From NCBI GenBank assembly GCA_963718615.1, contig OY970368.1, positions 3,296,001 through 3,360,000 on the forward strand: a stretch of DNA of 64,000 nucleotides. The letters are read 5' to 3'. Within the stretch, counting starts at the first letter, position 1, and the number at the start of each line of letters is the position of its first letter. This DNA comes from an uncultured cyanobacterium (GTDB lineage: Bacteria; Cyanobacteriota; Cyanobacteriia; PCC-9006; JAAUQQ01). This document shows positions 1 through 9,478 of this stretch, piece after piece. The notes beneath the pieces were generated by a model, which saw nothing but the letters and a program-made list of their open reading frames with translations, had not been told where the DNA came from and did no database searches. Position numbers and translations under genes: made by a program.

Positions 1-2
1 CC

Positions 3-932
3 TTGCTGTTGCGGTTTGCCTTCGGCGGATCGTTACCTTGCCCCCTCTCGGCGATTTATTTTCGGCCCCTGCTGCACTATCCCAGCTTTCCCCAGTACCA
101 GCCCCAGGGCAGAGAGGCCCTCTGGCAATGGCGCGATCGCCGCTGCCTTCCCCCCCTCCTACGCCATCCCCAACTCCAGACCCTCTTTTGCCTCGATCCC
201 TTCGCGGCGGACTATATCAACACCACCTACAACAGCACCAAAGCCCTGCCCCTCCCTGATCCGGTCCAAATTTATCCCAGCAATTTGGCTCGAGTAGCGG
301 AGCTAACGACCCAGCTTCAGGTGCCGGGCGATCGCCAAGTCTTTCTCCTGTTTGGCGTTTTGACTGAACGCAAGGGGGTCAATCAGGTGCTGGAGGCGAT
401 CGCCCAACTCCCCCCCACCCAAGCTCAAAAACTCTGTCTTCTCTTGGTGGGTCCAGCCCAGCCCGAAGACCGAGCCAACCTCGAAGCCCGCATCGCGGAG
501 CTCCAGCAAACCAGCCCAGCCCAGATTCGGCTCGCGGTCACGTTTGTTCGCGATGAAGATATTCAGAACTACTTCGAACTGGCGGACGTCATTTTGGCTC
601 CTTATCAACGCCACGTCGGCATGAGCGCCATCCTGGTTCGGGCGGCAGCGGCGCAAAAGCCGGTGTTGAGTTCGGATTTTGGCCTCATGGGTCAAATGGT
701 GCAGCGCCATCAGTTGGGTTTGGCCGTGGATTCGACCCAAGCCGAGGCGATCGCCTCGGCCCTGCTCCAATTCCTGCAATCCACCACCACCGGCGTTCAT
801 CCCTGCGGCATCGGCAATCCAGACGCTATGGCCGCCTTCGCCGAGCAAAATACTGCCAGCAAATTTGCCCAAGCAATTTTTTCGGATCTAGAGATTGAGG
901 CCCCGTCTCTAACGCTAGTCAAGGCGGGATGA
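3..932 (+). CDS. Glycosyltransferase family 4 (5' end probably outside the window)
   Basis: FGVLTERKGVNQVLEA, ADVILAPY, S..LVRAAAAQKPVLSSDFG: GT-B/GT4 C-terminal domain motifs. Confidence 0.85.
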   Translation: MLLRFAFGGSLPCPLSAIYFRPLLHYPSFPQYQPQGREALWQWRDRRCLPPLLRHPQLQTLFCLDPFAADYINTTYNSTKALPLPDPVQIYPSNLARVAELTTQLQVPGDRQVFLLFGVLTERKGVNQVLEAIAQLPPTQAQKLCLLLVGPAQPEDRANLEARIAELQQTSPAQIRLAVTFVRDEDIQNYFELADVILAPYQRHVGMSAILVRAAAAQKPVLSSDFGLMGQMVQRHQLGLAVDSTQAEAIASALLQFLQSTTTGVHPCGIGNPDAMAAFAEQNTASKFAQAIFSDLEIEAPSLTLVKAG

Positions 933-944
933 GCGTCTGTTTGC

Positions 945-1004
945 CAATATTTCTTTTATCAATCTCTCTTTCACTAATATCTCTTTTACCAATCTCTCTT
1001 TTAT
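945..1004. repeat. Short tandem repeat, 4 x 15 bp
   Basis: CAATATTTCTTTTAT / CAATCTCTCTTTCAC / TAATATCTCTTTTAC / CAATCTCTCTTTTAT. Confidence 0.85.
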
Positions 1005-1029
1005 CCTTTCCCTCCCTTCCCTCAGGACC

Positions 1030-1836
1030 ATGCCCTCTTCCCCAAGCCCCGTCTCTTCAACTCAATCCGTTCCCTTTGAAGCAATTGAAATTCTTGGCAC
1101 GCGATTTCATAAGCTGCGGGTCCAGGATTTGATTCGGTTTATCGTCGCAGCGGGTCAGGGCGATCGCAAAACCCTCGTGGCCAATGTCAATGTCCATGCC
1201 ATGAACTTTGCCCAAAGATTGTCCTGGTATCGCGAATTTATCAACCAAGCCGATTTGGTTTTTTGCGATGGCTTTGGCGTGTTGCTCGGGGCGAAGCTCT
1301 GTGGCTGTCAACTAGAATCCTGCCACCGCATGACCTGCCCGGACTATATTGAAGCCCTTGCCAAAGCCTGCGAACAGGGTGGTGTTTCTCTATATTTGCT
1401 GGCCGGGAAGCCAGGGGTGACCGATCAGGCTATTGCCAAACTACAGGCGATCGCCCCCAATCTCCGCATCGCTGGACACCATGGTTTTTTTGCTAAAACC
1501 GGTTCAGAAAATGATCAAATAATCGAGCAAATCAACCAATTTAATCCGGATGTGCTCTATGTCGGGTTTGGCATGCCGCTCCAGGAGCAGTGGATTGCAA
1601 ACAATTTCTCGCGGATTAATACAAGGGTTTTTCTACCCTTGGGGGCTTGCCTCGATTTTTATACGGGCACGGTCTATCGCGGACCCCAATGGATGACTGA
1701 TCGCGGTCTAGAATGGCTCAGTCGGTTGTTTACGGAACCCCAGCGGTTGTGGGATCGCTATTTGGTCGGGAATACCGTTTTTTTGAGTCGAGTCGTTTGG
1801 CAGAACGTTGCTCAAAAACTGGGTCGTTCTCGCTAA
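1030..1836 (+). CDS. WecB/TagA/CpsF family glycosyltransferase (GT26)
   Basis: NVH..ADLVFCDG, IAGHHGFF, YVGFGMPLQEQW, GLEWLSRLFTEPQRLWDRYL motifs. Confidence 0.93.
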   Translation: MPSSPSPVSSTQSVPFEAIEILGTRFHKLRVQDLIRFIVAAGQGDRKTLVANVNVHAMNFAQRLSWYREFINQADLVFCDGFGVLLGAKLCGCQLESCHRMTCPDYIEALAKACEQGGVSLYLLAGKPGVTDQAIAKLQAIAPNLRIAGHHGFFAKTGSENDQIIEQINQFNPDVLYVGFGMPLQEQWIANNFSRINTRVFLPLGACLDFYTGTVYRGPQWMTDRGLEWLSRLFTEPQRLWDRYLVGNTVFLSRVVWQNVAQKLGRSR

Positions 1837-1881
1837 AATTTCCTTAAAATTTTCCCAAAACTTCCATCACCAGAGGATGGC

Positions 1882-3099
1882 ATGGGTCACTGGAATCGTC
1901 GGCAATTTCTTCGACAAGTGGGGGCGATCGCAACGGGGGCGATCGCCCTACCCCTGTTTAGCCATCGCTGTTTGGCCCAATATCAAAAAACGTTCCCACG
2001 ACCCCAAACGCAGCAAGACTTAGACCGAATCCAGCAGTGGCTTGCCGCCCAGGATCGACGCTTTACAGTACAGGGTTCAGAAAGCCTACGCCAGCGCGCG
2101 GAACGTCGGGGTCTGCTTTACGGTGCGGCGCTGGGGAGCGTGGGTTTGCAGGATGCTGCATTTGCCCAGGCGTTTCAGCGGGAATGCGGCATCCTGGTTC
2201 CGGAAAATGAGCTGAAATGGCAAAGCCTCTGTCCCGCACCGGATCGCTATGAATTTGGTCCGGCGGATCGCCTTTTGGCCTTTGCCCAGCGCCACAAGCT
2301 ATTGATGCGCGGTCATACCCTGGTGTGGAATCAGGCCATTCCCGATTGGTTTAAAGAGCGGGTCGATCGCAGCAATGCCGAACAGGTTTTAATCAAACAT
2401 ATTCACACCGTTGCCGGTCGCTACCGAGGCAAATTTCATTCCTGGGATGTCGTCAACGAAGCGGTCAATGGTCAACCGCAGCAGGCTAACGGTTTGCAAT
2501 GGTCACCTTGGCTAGACCTACTGGGTCCCGACTATATTGCGTTGGCCTTCTGGACCGCTGCCGAAGCTGACCCCAGCGCCCTGCGGGTCTACAACGACGC
2601 CCGACTGGAGTACGACAATGCCGAAGGCCAACGCTGTCGCCCAGCGGTTTTGCGGCTGTTGGAATCGCTGCGGGCGCGCCAGGTGCCAGTCCAAGCCCTG
2701 GGCATCCAGGCCCATTTGAATGCGGCAGACCCTCGGTTCAACCCTAAGGTTTTTCGACAGTTTCTGCGGGATGTAGCTGACCTAGGGCTCAAGATTTTGA
2801 TTACCGAACTGGATGTGAGCGATCGCCATCTCCCCGCCAATTTCACCCAGCGCGATCGCATCGTCGCCGCGACTTACCAAGACTTTCTCGATGTGGTACT
2901 CGATGAACCCGCCGTGATTGCCATTTTGACCTGGGGACTGAGCGATCGCTACACCTGGCTGAGCAACTATGCCCCCCGAGACGACCAAAAGCCGGTCCGA
3001 GGATTACCCCTAGACCGGCACTTACAGCGAAAACTGGCTTGGCGGGCGATCGCCCAAAGTTTCGACCAGGCCAAAACCCAAATTTCCGCTGAAATTTAG
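1882..3099 (+). CDS. Tat-exported glycoside hydrolase family 10 (endo-1,4-beta-xylanase-like)
   Basis: Twin-arginine NRRQFL; PENELKW, RGHTLVW, WDVVNEA (acid/base Glu), GIQAHL, ITELDV (nucleophile Glu), TWGLSDRYTW. Confidence 0.93.
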   Translation: MGHWNRRQFLRQVGAIATGAIALPLFSHRCLAQYQKTFPRPQTQQDLDRIQQWLAAQDRRFTVQGSESLRQRAERRGLLYGAALGSVGLQDAAFAQAFQRECGILVPENELKWQSLCPAPDRYEFGPADRLLAFAQRHKLLMRGHTLVWNQAIPDWFKERVDRSNAEQVLIKHIHTVAGRYRGKFHSWDVVNEAVNGQPQQANGLQWSPWLDLLGPDYIALAFWTAAEADPSALRVYNDARLEYDNAEGQRCRPAVLRLLESLRARQVPVQALGIQAHLNAADPRFNPKVFRQFLRDVADLGLKILITELDVSDRHLPANFTQRDRIVAATYQDFLDVVLDEPAVIAILTWGLSDRYTWLSNYAPRDDQKPVRGLPLDRHLQRKLAWRAIAQSFDQAKTQISAEI

Positions 3100-3117
3100 C
3101 GGAAATTTAGCAGAAAT

Positions 3118-4641
3118 TTAATAGGCTCCAGACTTTTGTAACACCACGCCTACGGTGCGCAGCAAAATTTTCAGATCCAGCCACAGCGACCAATATTTCA
3201 TGTAGGCCAAATCCAGATTGACCACATCTTCGAAGTTATCAATATCAGAGCGCCCAGACACCTGCCAAAGTCCCGTAATTCCCGGCAAGACTTCGTGGCG
3301 AATAAAATGCAGATCCGAGAACTTTTCCACATCTCGTAGGGGGAGCGGGCGGGGTCCCACAAAACTCATTTCCCCTAACAAAACATTAATAACTTGAGGC
3401 AATTCATCGAGACTATAGCGTCGCAAAAGATGACCTGCTTTCGTAATTCGGGGATCATTTTTAATTTTGAATAGGACGCCGTCCTTGGTTTCATTCTGTG
3501 CTTCTAGCTCCTTCTGAAGCTGATCCGCATTGGTCACCATCGTGCGGAATTTCCACACATAGAACGGTCGGTTATTCAGCCCAATCCGAAGTTGACGATA
3601 GAAAATCGGCCCCGACGAGTCTAGGCGGATCCAGAGGGCGATCGCACCATAAACCGGCGACATCAAGAGCAAAAAGAAAAAAGCAGCTAACCCATCCATT
3701 GTGCGTTTGATGCCAAATTCAAAACCCGACAGCGCTGGCGGAAACAGGGTTTGCACAATCACCGAAGGCGAGGGATCTTCAATCACCCAGCGAGAAATTA
3801 AAGGCCGTTGGGGATCGGCTTCCCGTTCCGCATCAATGTCTTCCTCCAGTTCCGGAGCAAGGCACTGACAGCAATGAACCCGAATCCCAGTATTGCGCAA
3901 TGACCAGTAGGTTGACAGTAGTTGGCGATCGCTCTCCGCTGCCTCAATAAAGACCTGGGAAACCCGCAACTGACTGAGGCGCGCCAAGAGCTCCGGCAAG
4001 CAGGGATCATCTAAACGATCCAGCCTGTAGGAGCGCACAACCTTGTAATGGGAGGACTGGGCGATAAACGCTTTGAGCTGCTTAGCATGGCCCGGTTGGG
4101 AAAAAACCACAACGCGATGGCAGGCAATCTGACGCTGACGTAAACCGTGGGTTATTCGGTCAAACCCCAAACGTCCTACCAGCAACGCCGTCGCACTGGC
4201 TACAAACCCATAGGCCGGTTGCACCTCGCTCACGAGCCCATTGGCCGCACCCTGTTCTAGCAATAAACCAATCAGCAGCCAGCTCACCCCTTGGGACTGA
4301 AGCAATGCCCCATAATCTCGCCGAGCCGGTCCGGCCCCATACAGTCCTCGCAACCACAGCGGAGCAATATTAAGACTTAAACAAAGAAAAATAACAACGG
4401 GAGATAAAACACCTAAGCATCCGGTCAACAGCCAAGCGATTCCTAAACAAGCGGAATCAATCAAAAACAAACTGCACTGTCGCAGAACCGAAAACTTGAA
4501 GCCTTGACCGACTGCAAGCTGAGTTGCAGCACGCAGATCACGCGTATTCCAACGGGTAGAAGAAGTTGTGGTAGAAGAAATCCGGATTGACTGCTTTTGA
4601 GGATTCTCCAGCAGTGGGCCGACCTGAAATTGGGGGAACAT
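3118..4641 (-). CDS. Priming sugar transferase (WcaJ/CpsE-like polyprenyl glycosylphosphotransferase)
   Basis: N-terminal TM helices; C-terminal Bac_transf domain (KFRTM, DPRIT, LRRYSLDELPQ, MSFVGPRP, PGITGLWQVSGRS). ATG at 4641 preferred over TTG 4707. Confidence 0.93.
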   Translation of the reverse strand: MFPQFQVGPLLENPQKQSIRISSTTTSSTRWNTRDLRAATQLAVGQGFKFSVLRQCSLFLIDSACLGIAWLLTGCLGVLSPVVIFLCLSLNIAPLWLRGLYGAGPARRDYGALLQSQGVSWLLIGLLLEQGAANGLVSEVQPAYGFVASATALLVGRLGFDRITHGLRQRQIACHRVVVFSQPGHAKQLKAFIAQSSHYKVVRSYRLDRLDDPCLPELLARLSQLRVSQVFIEAAESDRQLLSTYWSLRNTGIRVHCCQCLAPELEEDIDAEREADPQRPLISRWVIEDPSPSVIVQTLFPPALSGFEFGIKRTMDGLAAFFFLLLMSPVYGAIALWIRLDSSGPIFYRQLRIGLNNRPFYVWKFRTMVTNADQLQKELEAQNETKDGVLFKIKNDPRITKAGHLLRRYSLDELPQVINVLLGEMSFVGPRPLPLRDVEKFSDLHFIRHEVLPGITGLWQVSGRSDIDNFEDVVNLDLAYMKYWSLWLDLKILLRTVGVVLQKSGAY

Positions 4642-5253
4642 TGCGTCAACTTTCCTATGCCTGAACAGGGATGACGTAGCTAATTCCCGGAAGAAGAGTG
4701 CACTCAATTGCTCAAGCCTAAAAGCTCAAGCGTGAAAGCAAGGGCAACAAGTAGATAGATAAATCTAGAGCACCTGCACAGTTGCCCAGACTATAGAGTC
4801 CCTGAGTCAAAAATCCCTGAGTTGATTCACCTTAACCGGTACACCCTAGACCCTAACTCGCTACGTAATACGTGAGGACAAGGCAAAATCTATTAGCTAG
4901 GCCGAGGTTGGGAGTTGCGCTATGCCAAAGCCTAGAGCTGTGTTGTCTCAGCGTTGGCTCGAGCATAGGAGAACCCTAAACGAAGGCAAGCTAAGTACGG
5001 ATCTCGCCGCCTCAGTTAGCCGTTAACTGAATACTATCTTGAAACCAGAGTGACACCTCGAAGCCCCACGCAGGCTTCATCAAAGCTTCATGAAACCAGG
5101 AAAAACTCTCCGGGGGGAAAATTCATAGTTTTGTCTTTTTAGAGCAAAACCACGCAGCCTTTATGTATCTTTTGTAAGTTTTACAAAAACCTAAGATTAG
5201 TCTCTGTGAAGAGAAAGAGTTAAATTTGCTACCATTATGGTCGCCTTATGACA

Positions 5254-6090
5254 TCAGTGCCGTCGTCGGAGTAAGCCGTGTTGCGGACTAAAGATGAGTG
5301 CCAAACTAAAAAATGCCGCAGTGACGAGGGCGATCGCCGGACCCGAGGGCAAATTAAACCAGGCGCTCAAGTACATGCCGGTTAAACTCGACGCGATCCC
5401 CACGGCAGCCCCCACTAACATCACCTGATGCAGCCGAGTGACTAGCAAATAGGCCGTGGCACCGGGAGTAATCAACAGCGCTAACACGAGGACCACGCCC
5501 ACGGCTTTGAGGCTAGCCACCACCGTCAGCGCGATCAACGACATTAACCCAAAGCCCAAGGCATCCACCGGCAAGCCAGCGACCTTGGCCCCTTCAGGAT
5601 CAAAGGTGTAAAACAAGAGTTCCTTATACAACAGCCAAATGACTGAAATCACAATTAAGGCAATGATCGAGGTATCGCGGACATCAGCGGCGGTAACACC
5701 GAGAATATTGCCGAAGAGAAAGTGATTCAGATCAATTTTGTTGTTTTTTTGAATGAGCGTGATCAGCGTCACACCCAAAGCGAAAAAAGTAGATAGAACA
5801 ATGCCCATGGCGGCATCTTCTTTGATGGGCGATCGCGTCCGAATCCAGTTGATCAACACAGTGCCCAACATGCCGCTGACAAAGGCCCCGAAAAATAGAT
5901 TGAGATCCCACCAGTAGGCCAAGGCCAGCCCCGGCAAAACCGAGTGGCTAATGGCATCGCCCAACAACGCCAGCCGCTGTACCAACAGATAGCTGCCGAC
6001 CACCGAGCAAATCAGGCCAACCAAGATGGCGACGACTAACGCCCGCTGCATGAAGCCATATTGCAGCGGCTCCCATAATAAATCCAGCAT
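5254..6090 (-). CDS. mntB: Mn/Zn-type metal ABC transporter permease
   Basis: ABC-3 motifs LLGDAISHSVLPG, DLNHFLFGNILGV; ManR-type boxes upstream of the operon point to Mn. Confidence 0.85.
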   Translation of the reverse strand: MLDLLWEPLQYGFMQRALVVAILVGLICSVVGSYLLVQRLALLGDAISHSVLPGLALAYWWDLNLFFGAFVSGMLGTVLINWIRTRSPIKEDAAMGIVLSTFFALGVTLITLIQKNNKIDLNHFLFGNILGVTAADVRDTSIIALIVISVIWLLYKELLFYTFDPEGAKVAGLPVDALGFGLMSLIALTVVASLKAVGVVLVLALLITPGATAYLLVTRLHQVMLVGAAVGIASSLTGMYLSAWFNLPSGPAIALVTAAFFSLALIFSPQHGLLRRRH

Positions 6091-6092
6091 GC

Positions 6093-6869
6093 CTAGGCCG
6101 CACCCCGCAGAAAATTGACATAGCCGCCATAGGCCTGCTCCATGGGCGCATCTCTCAGCACCCGCTGACGGGGACCACTGGCAATCAGATGGCGATTGAG
6201 CAAAATCAGGTCATCAAAGTTTTGAATGGCCGCGCCCAGGTCATGGTGGACCACGACCACGATTTTGCCGGACTGGGCCAACTCCTGCAAAATGTCAAAC
6301 AGAATCGCCTCGGTTTTCTGATCGACCCCCGTAAAGGGCTCATCCAAAAACAATAGATCAGCATTCTGGGTCAACGCCCGTGCCAAAAAGACCCGCTGCT
6401 GCTGGCCCCCGGAAAGCTGGCCAATGGGTCGTCGGGCCAACTCCAACATTTCCACCCGTGCCAACGCCGCCTGGGCACTGGCCCGACTCGCTGCTGAAAA
6501 CCTCCGTAGCCATCCGGTCTGGGCCACTCGCCCCATCATCACCACATCCCACGCCGTTGCCGGATAGGTCCAATCGATCTGCGCCCGTTGGGGCAGGTAG
6601 GCAAGGCGATCGCGTTGCTCCAACAGCGCTTTCCCCGCCCAAACCGCCGATCCTTGGCTGGGCACCAATCCCAACAGGGCTTTCATCAATGTACTTTTGC
6701 CTGCCCCATTGGGACCAATGACACCAGTTAACCGTCCGGGGGCGATCGCCACAGTAATATCCTCCAGGGCCCGGACCTCTCGATAGGCCACCGTGAGATG
6801 GTTGACCTGAAGGAGGCGATCGCGAGCGCTAGGTAATCCCTGAAGTAAGGCCGAGGAAGGAGCTGCCAT
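6093..6869 (-). CDS. mntA: Mn/Zn-type metal ABC transporter ATP-binding subunit
   Basis: GPNGAGKST, AYLPQR, LSGGQQQRVFLARAL, LDEPFTGVD, VHHDL. ATG at 6869 (TTG 6881 alternative). Confidence 0.85.
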   Translation of the reverse strand: MAAPSSALLQGLPSARDRLLQVNHLTVAYREVRALEDITVAIAPGRLTGVIGPNGAGKSTLMKALLGLVPSQGSAVWAGKALLEQRDRLAYLPQRAQIDWTYPATAWDVVMMGRVAQTGWLRRFSAASRASAQAALARVEMLELARRPIGQLSGGQQQRVFLARALTQNADLLFLDEPFTGVDQKTEAILFDILQELAQSGKIVVVVHHDLGAAIQNFDDLILLNRHLIASGPRQRVLRDAPMEQAYGGYVNFLRGAA

Positions 6870-6881
6870 AGATGCCGACAA

Positions 6882-6935
6882 AATGAAAAGATTATGAAAT
6901 CAGTATAGCGGACCAAAATGAAAGAATTATGAAAG
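6882..6935. promoter_or_regulatory. Two ManR-type direct-repeat boxes flanking a minus-strand -10 element (TATACT, 6902-6907)
   Basis: AATGAAAA-GAT-TATGAAAT (6882-6900) and AATGAAAG-AAT-TATGAAAG (6917-6935) fit the cyanobacterial ManR consensus (T/A)ATGA(G/A)A(A/G)-N3-repeat as I recall it (first box has one mismatch). Confidence 0.8.
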
Positions 6936-7033
6936 ATAAAAGAGATTAAGGTCTTGTATTTTCCGGAAGGTCCCTAGGCTTTGTCTGAAGGAAAAATCAG
7001 AGGTGCATTGCTTTCGAGAACTGGGAACGCTAA

Positions 7034-7165
7034 CCCTAAGGCCAGCCCTAAGGCCCTATGAATGTTTTCAAGCATGTTTTCAAGACTGCTTTCGAGACTG
7101 CTTTTGAGTCAAGCCGCCTCAAGGTTAACCCCCTGGGTTGCATCCCATTGCCTATCCCATTGCCC
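7034..7165. repeat. Three adjacent 12-bp tandem micro-duplications
   Basis: CCCTAAGGCC(AG) x2 (7034-7057); ATGTTTTCAAGC drifting to CTGCTTTTGAGT x4 (7062-7109); ATCCCATTGCC(T/C) x2 (7142-7165). Confidence 0.8.
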
Positions 7166-7187
7166 ATCATTTTGATTGAAAGACAGC

Positions 7188-8384
7188 ATGCAGATATCGA
7201 GTCGAAAAAAAATCGCCGTACTCTATCCTGCGTTTTTGGGGGGTGGAGCGGAAGCCGTTGGGCTTTGGATCTTAGAAGCCCTCAAAGATAAATATGAGGT
7301 CACGCTCTTCACCGTCGCGGGAATTGCCTTTGAGCGGCTCAATGCCATGTATGGGACCCATTTGTGCGATCGCACCATCCAGGTCAAGGCCCTCTTTCCC
7401 CGCTCCCGTGCTGGCTTCGTCAACGCTTGTATTGCAAACAACTGGCATATTCGCATGCTATTGTTTCACACCTTAATTCGCCAGCTCAAGGCACAGCAAT
7501 CTCAGTACGATACCTGCGTTTCGGCCTACAATGCCGTTGACTACGGCTTTAAGGATTGCCCCAGTCAAGGGATTAACTATATTCACTGGGTCAATGTTCT
7601 CGACAGCAGTCGGTTCTACAACTTAATTTCCGAGACCGACCCCGCCAGAATCAAACAGTATTGCAACCTGGCCAACTCAAAAATGGTTGCTGAGCGAATC
7701 CAGACGGTTTATGGCACGACGCCGGAACTGGTTTATCCGCCCGTGGTTATTGATGTCCAGGATGTACCCTGGGAAGAAAAGGAACATGCCTTTATTTGCA
7801 GTGGCCGGTTGACCCTCGCCAAGGAACCCCACAAAGTCATCGAAATTTTGCGACGGGTGCGCGATCGCGGTTTTAACATCAAACTCCACATGACCGCTGG
7901 CGGCGGCGGCGTCTATGCTTGGCAATACCGCAACCGCATTCGGAAGCTGGCCCAGGAGCATGGAGACTGGATCACGCTTTACGAAAACCTCAGCTATGCC
8001 GACTATGTCTCGGTGTTGTCAAAATGTCGGTATGGCATTCACTACAAAACCGAGCCCTTTGGGATTTCCATCGCCGAAATGATCAAAGCCGGAGCAATTC
8101 CCTTTGTGCGGAGTTTTGGCGGACAGGTCGAGATTGTGGGTGAACAGAATCAAGACCTGTTCTTCTTTGACCCCGACGAAGCGGTTGAAAAGATCGTTCG
8201 GGTTTTGGGCGATGAAGCCCTCCAGGGTCATCTGCGGGACGCCATGGACACCCAAAAAACCCTTTTTTCGACGGAACGGTTTATGGCGGAGTTTGAGCAG
8301 GTGGTCGATCGCCATCTCCATCCCGCACCTGCCCAGTGCGAGGAACTGCCTCCGGCCCCTCATCCGGTTGGGGCGGCTTCCTAG
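7188..8384 (+). CDS. Glycosyltransferase family 4 (ALG11-like N-terminus)
   Basis: YPAFLGGGAEAV, ANS, VYPPV, GRL..AKE, EPFGISIAEMIKAG. Confidence 0.85.
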   Translation: MQISSRKKIAVLYPAFLGGGAEAVGLWILEALKDKYEVTLFTVAGIAFERLNAMYGTHLCDRTIQVKALFPRSRAGFVNACIANNWHIRMLLFHTLIRQLKAQQSQYDTCVSAYNAVDYGFKDCPSQGINYIHWVNVLDSSRFYNLISETDPARIKQYCNLANSKMVAERIQTVYGTTPELVYPPVVIDVQDVPWEEKEHAFICSGRLTLAKEPHKVIEILRRVRDRGFNIKLHMTAGGGGVYAWQYRNRIRKLAQEHGDWITLYENLSYADYVSVLSKCRYGIHYKTEPFGISIAEMIKAGAIPFVRSFGGQVEIVGEQNQDLFFFDPDEAVEKIVRVLGDEALQGHLRDAMDTQKTLFSTERFMAEFEQVVDRHLHPAPAQCEELPPAPHPVGAAS

Positions 8385-8443
8385 GCGATCGCCCCCATCT
8401 ACGCAACTGTTGCGCTTTGAATCAGAACTAACCAGAACCCATC

Positions 8444-9379
8444 ATGAAGCTTTTCTTTTACCGACGCAGTGACGACCAGCCCAACTTTGGCGATGAGCTC
8501 AATCTCTGGCTCTGGGACAAAATTATGCCCGGAATACTCGACGAAGATGAATCCGCAGCCTTCTTTGGCATTGGCACCTTGCTCAACAATCTGGTGCGGG
8601 AGCGCGTTCCCAATGCCAAGCAAATTGTCGCCCTAGGCACTGGCGTGGGATACAACCGGGGTCTGCCCCAAGTGGATGATGCCTGGACAATTTATTGTTT
8701 GCGAGGACCTCTCTCGGCGTTGAAGCTGGGCTTAGATCCTAAAATCGCGATTACCGATGGAGCCGCATTGATTCGCCGAGTTTACAAACCAGAAGGCCGG
8801 AAGCTTCACAAGTTTTCCTACATTCCCCACTTCACCCAGTCGATTATTGCTGGAGAAGACTGGGAGGAAATTTGTGCCGAGCTTGGAATTCACTACATCG
8901 ACGCTCGCTGGCCGATTGAGCGGGTGCTCCAGGATCTCTGCGAAACCGAAGTGCTCTTGGCGGAAGCCATGCATGGTGCCATTATTGCCGATGCCCTGCG
9001 CACGCCTTGGATTCCCATCCAGACCAGCCAGTGGATTTTGCCGTCCAAATGGATTGACTGGACCATGTCCCTAGATATGCAGTTCCAGCCCCATCCCATC
9101 ACTGGATTAGAACCCATCCAACCCGAGTATGCACTCAAAAATATTCGGGGTCTCCAAGGCAGCCGCACAGCCTTGCGCAAGTCAGCCACCCGTTGGCTCA
9201 AAAAACAGCAGGCCAAAATTCAGATGGAAAGCATCATGAAGCACGGCAATCCCCAGCTCAGTGCCGATGCCTTGATCGAAAGCAAAACTTGCCAACTGGA
9301 AGAAAAGCTCGAACAGTTTAAGGCCGACGTCGCCGCAGGCCGTTTCCGGAGCGACAATCCCCAGTTGTCTTTGGTTTAA
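8444..9379 (+). CDS. exoV: ExoV-like polysaccharide pyruvyltransferase
   Basis: NFGDELNLWLW, FFGIGTLL, GTGVGY, LRGPLSA, DGA, YIPH, AEAMHGAIIADALRTPW, KWIDW: ExoV family pattern. Confidence 0.85.
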   Translation: MKLFFYRRSDDQPNFGDELNLWLWDKIMPGILDEDESAAFFGIGTLLNNLVRERVPNAKQIVALGTGVGYNRGLPQVDDAWTIYCLRGPLSALKLGLDPKIAITDGAALIRRVYKPEGRKLHKFSYIPHFTQSIIAGEDWEEICAELGIHYIDARWPIERVLQDLCETEVLLAEAMHGAIIADALRTPWIPIQTSQWILPSKWIDWTMSLDMQFQPHPITGLEPIQPEYALKNIRGLQGSRTALRKSATRWLKKQQAKIQMESIMKHGNPQLSADALIESKTCQLEEKLEQFKADVAAGRFRSDNPQLSLV

Positions 9380-9405
9380 TCTGGTTCTGAATCTTCTTGA
9401 AAATT

Positions 9406-9442
9406 AAAAAAGAGGGACATAGCGTACCATGTCCCTCTTTTT
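9406..9442. terminator. Bidirectional intrinsic terminator between convergent genes (REP-like core)
   Basis: AAAAAAGAGGGACAT-AGCGTACC-ATGTCCCTCTTTTT. Confidence 0.88.
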
Positions 9443-9478
9443 GTTATTTAGATCTGAGTTTTTTAGATCTTAGAGTCC

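Noticed and set aside
945-1004. Possible CRISPR array (also the arrays at 7062 and 10535)
   Set aside because: Units are 12-17 bp and directly abutting, with no unique spacers and no cas genes.
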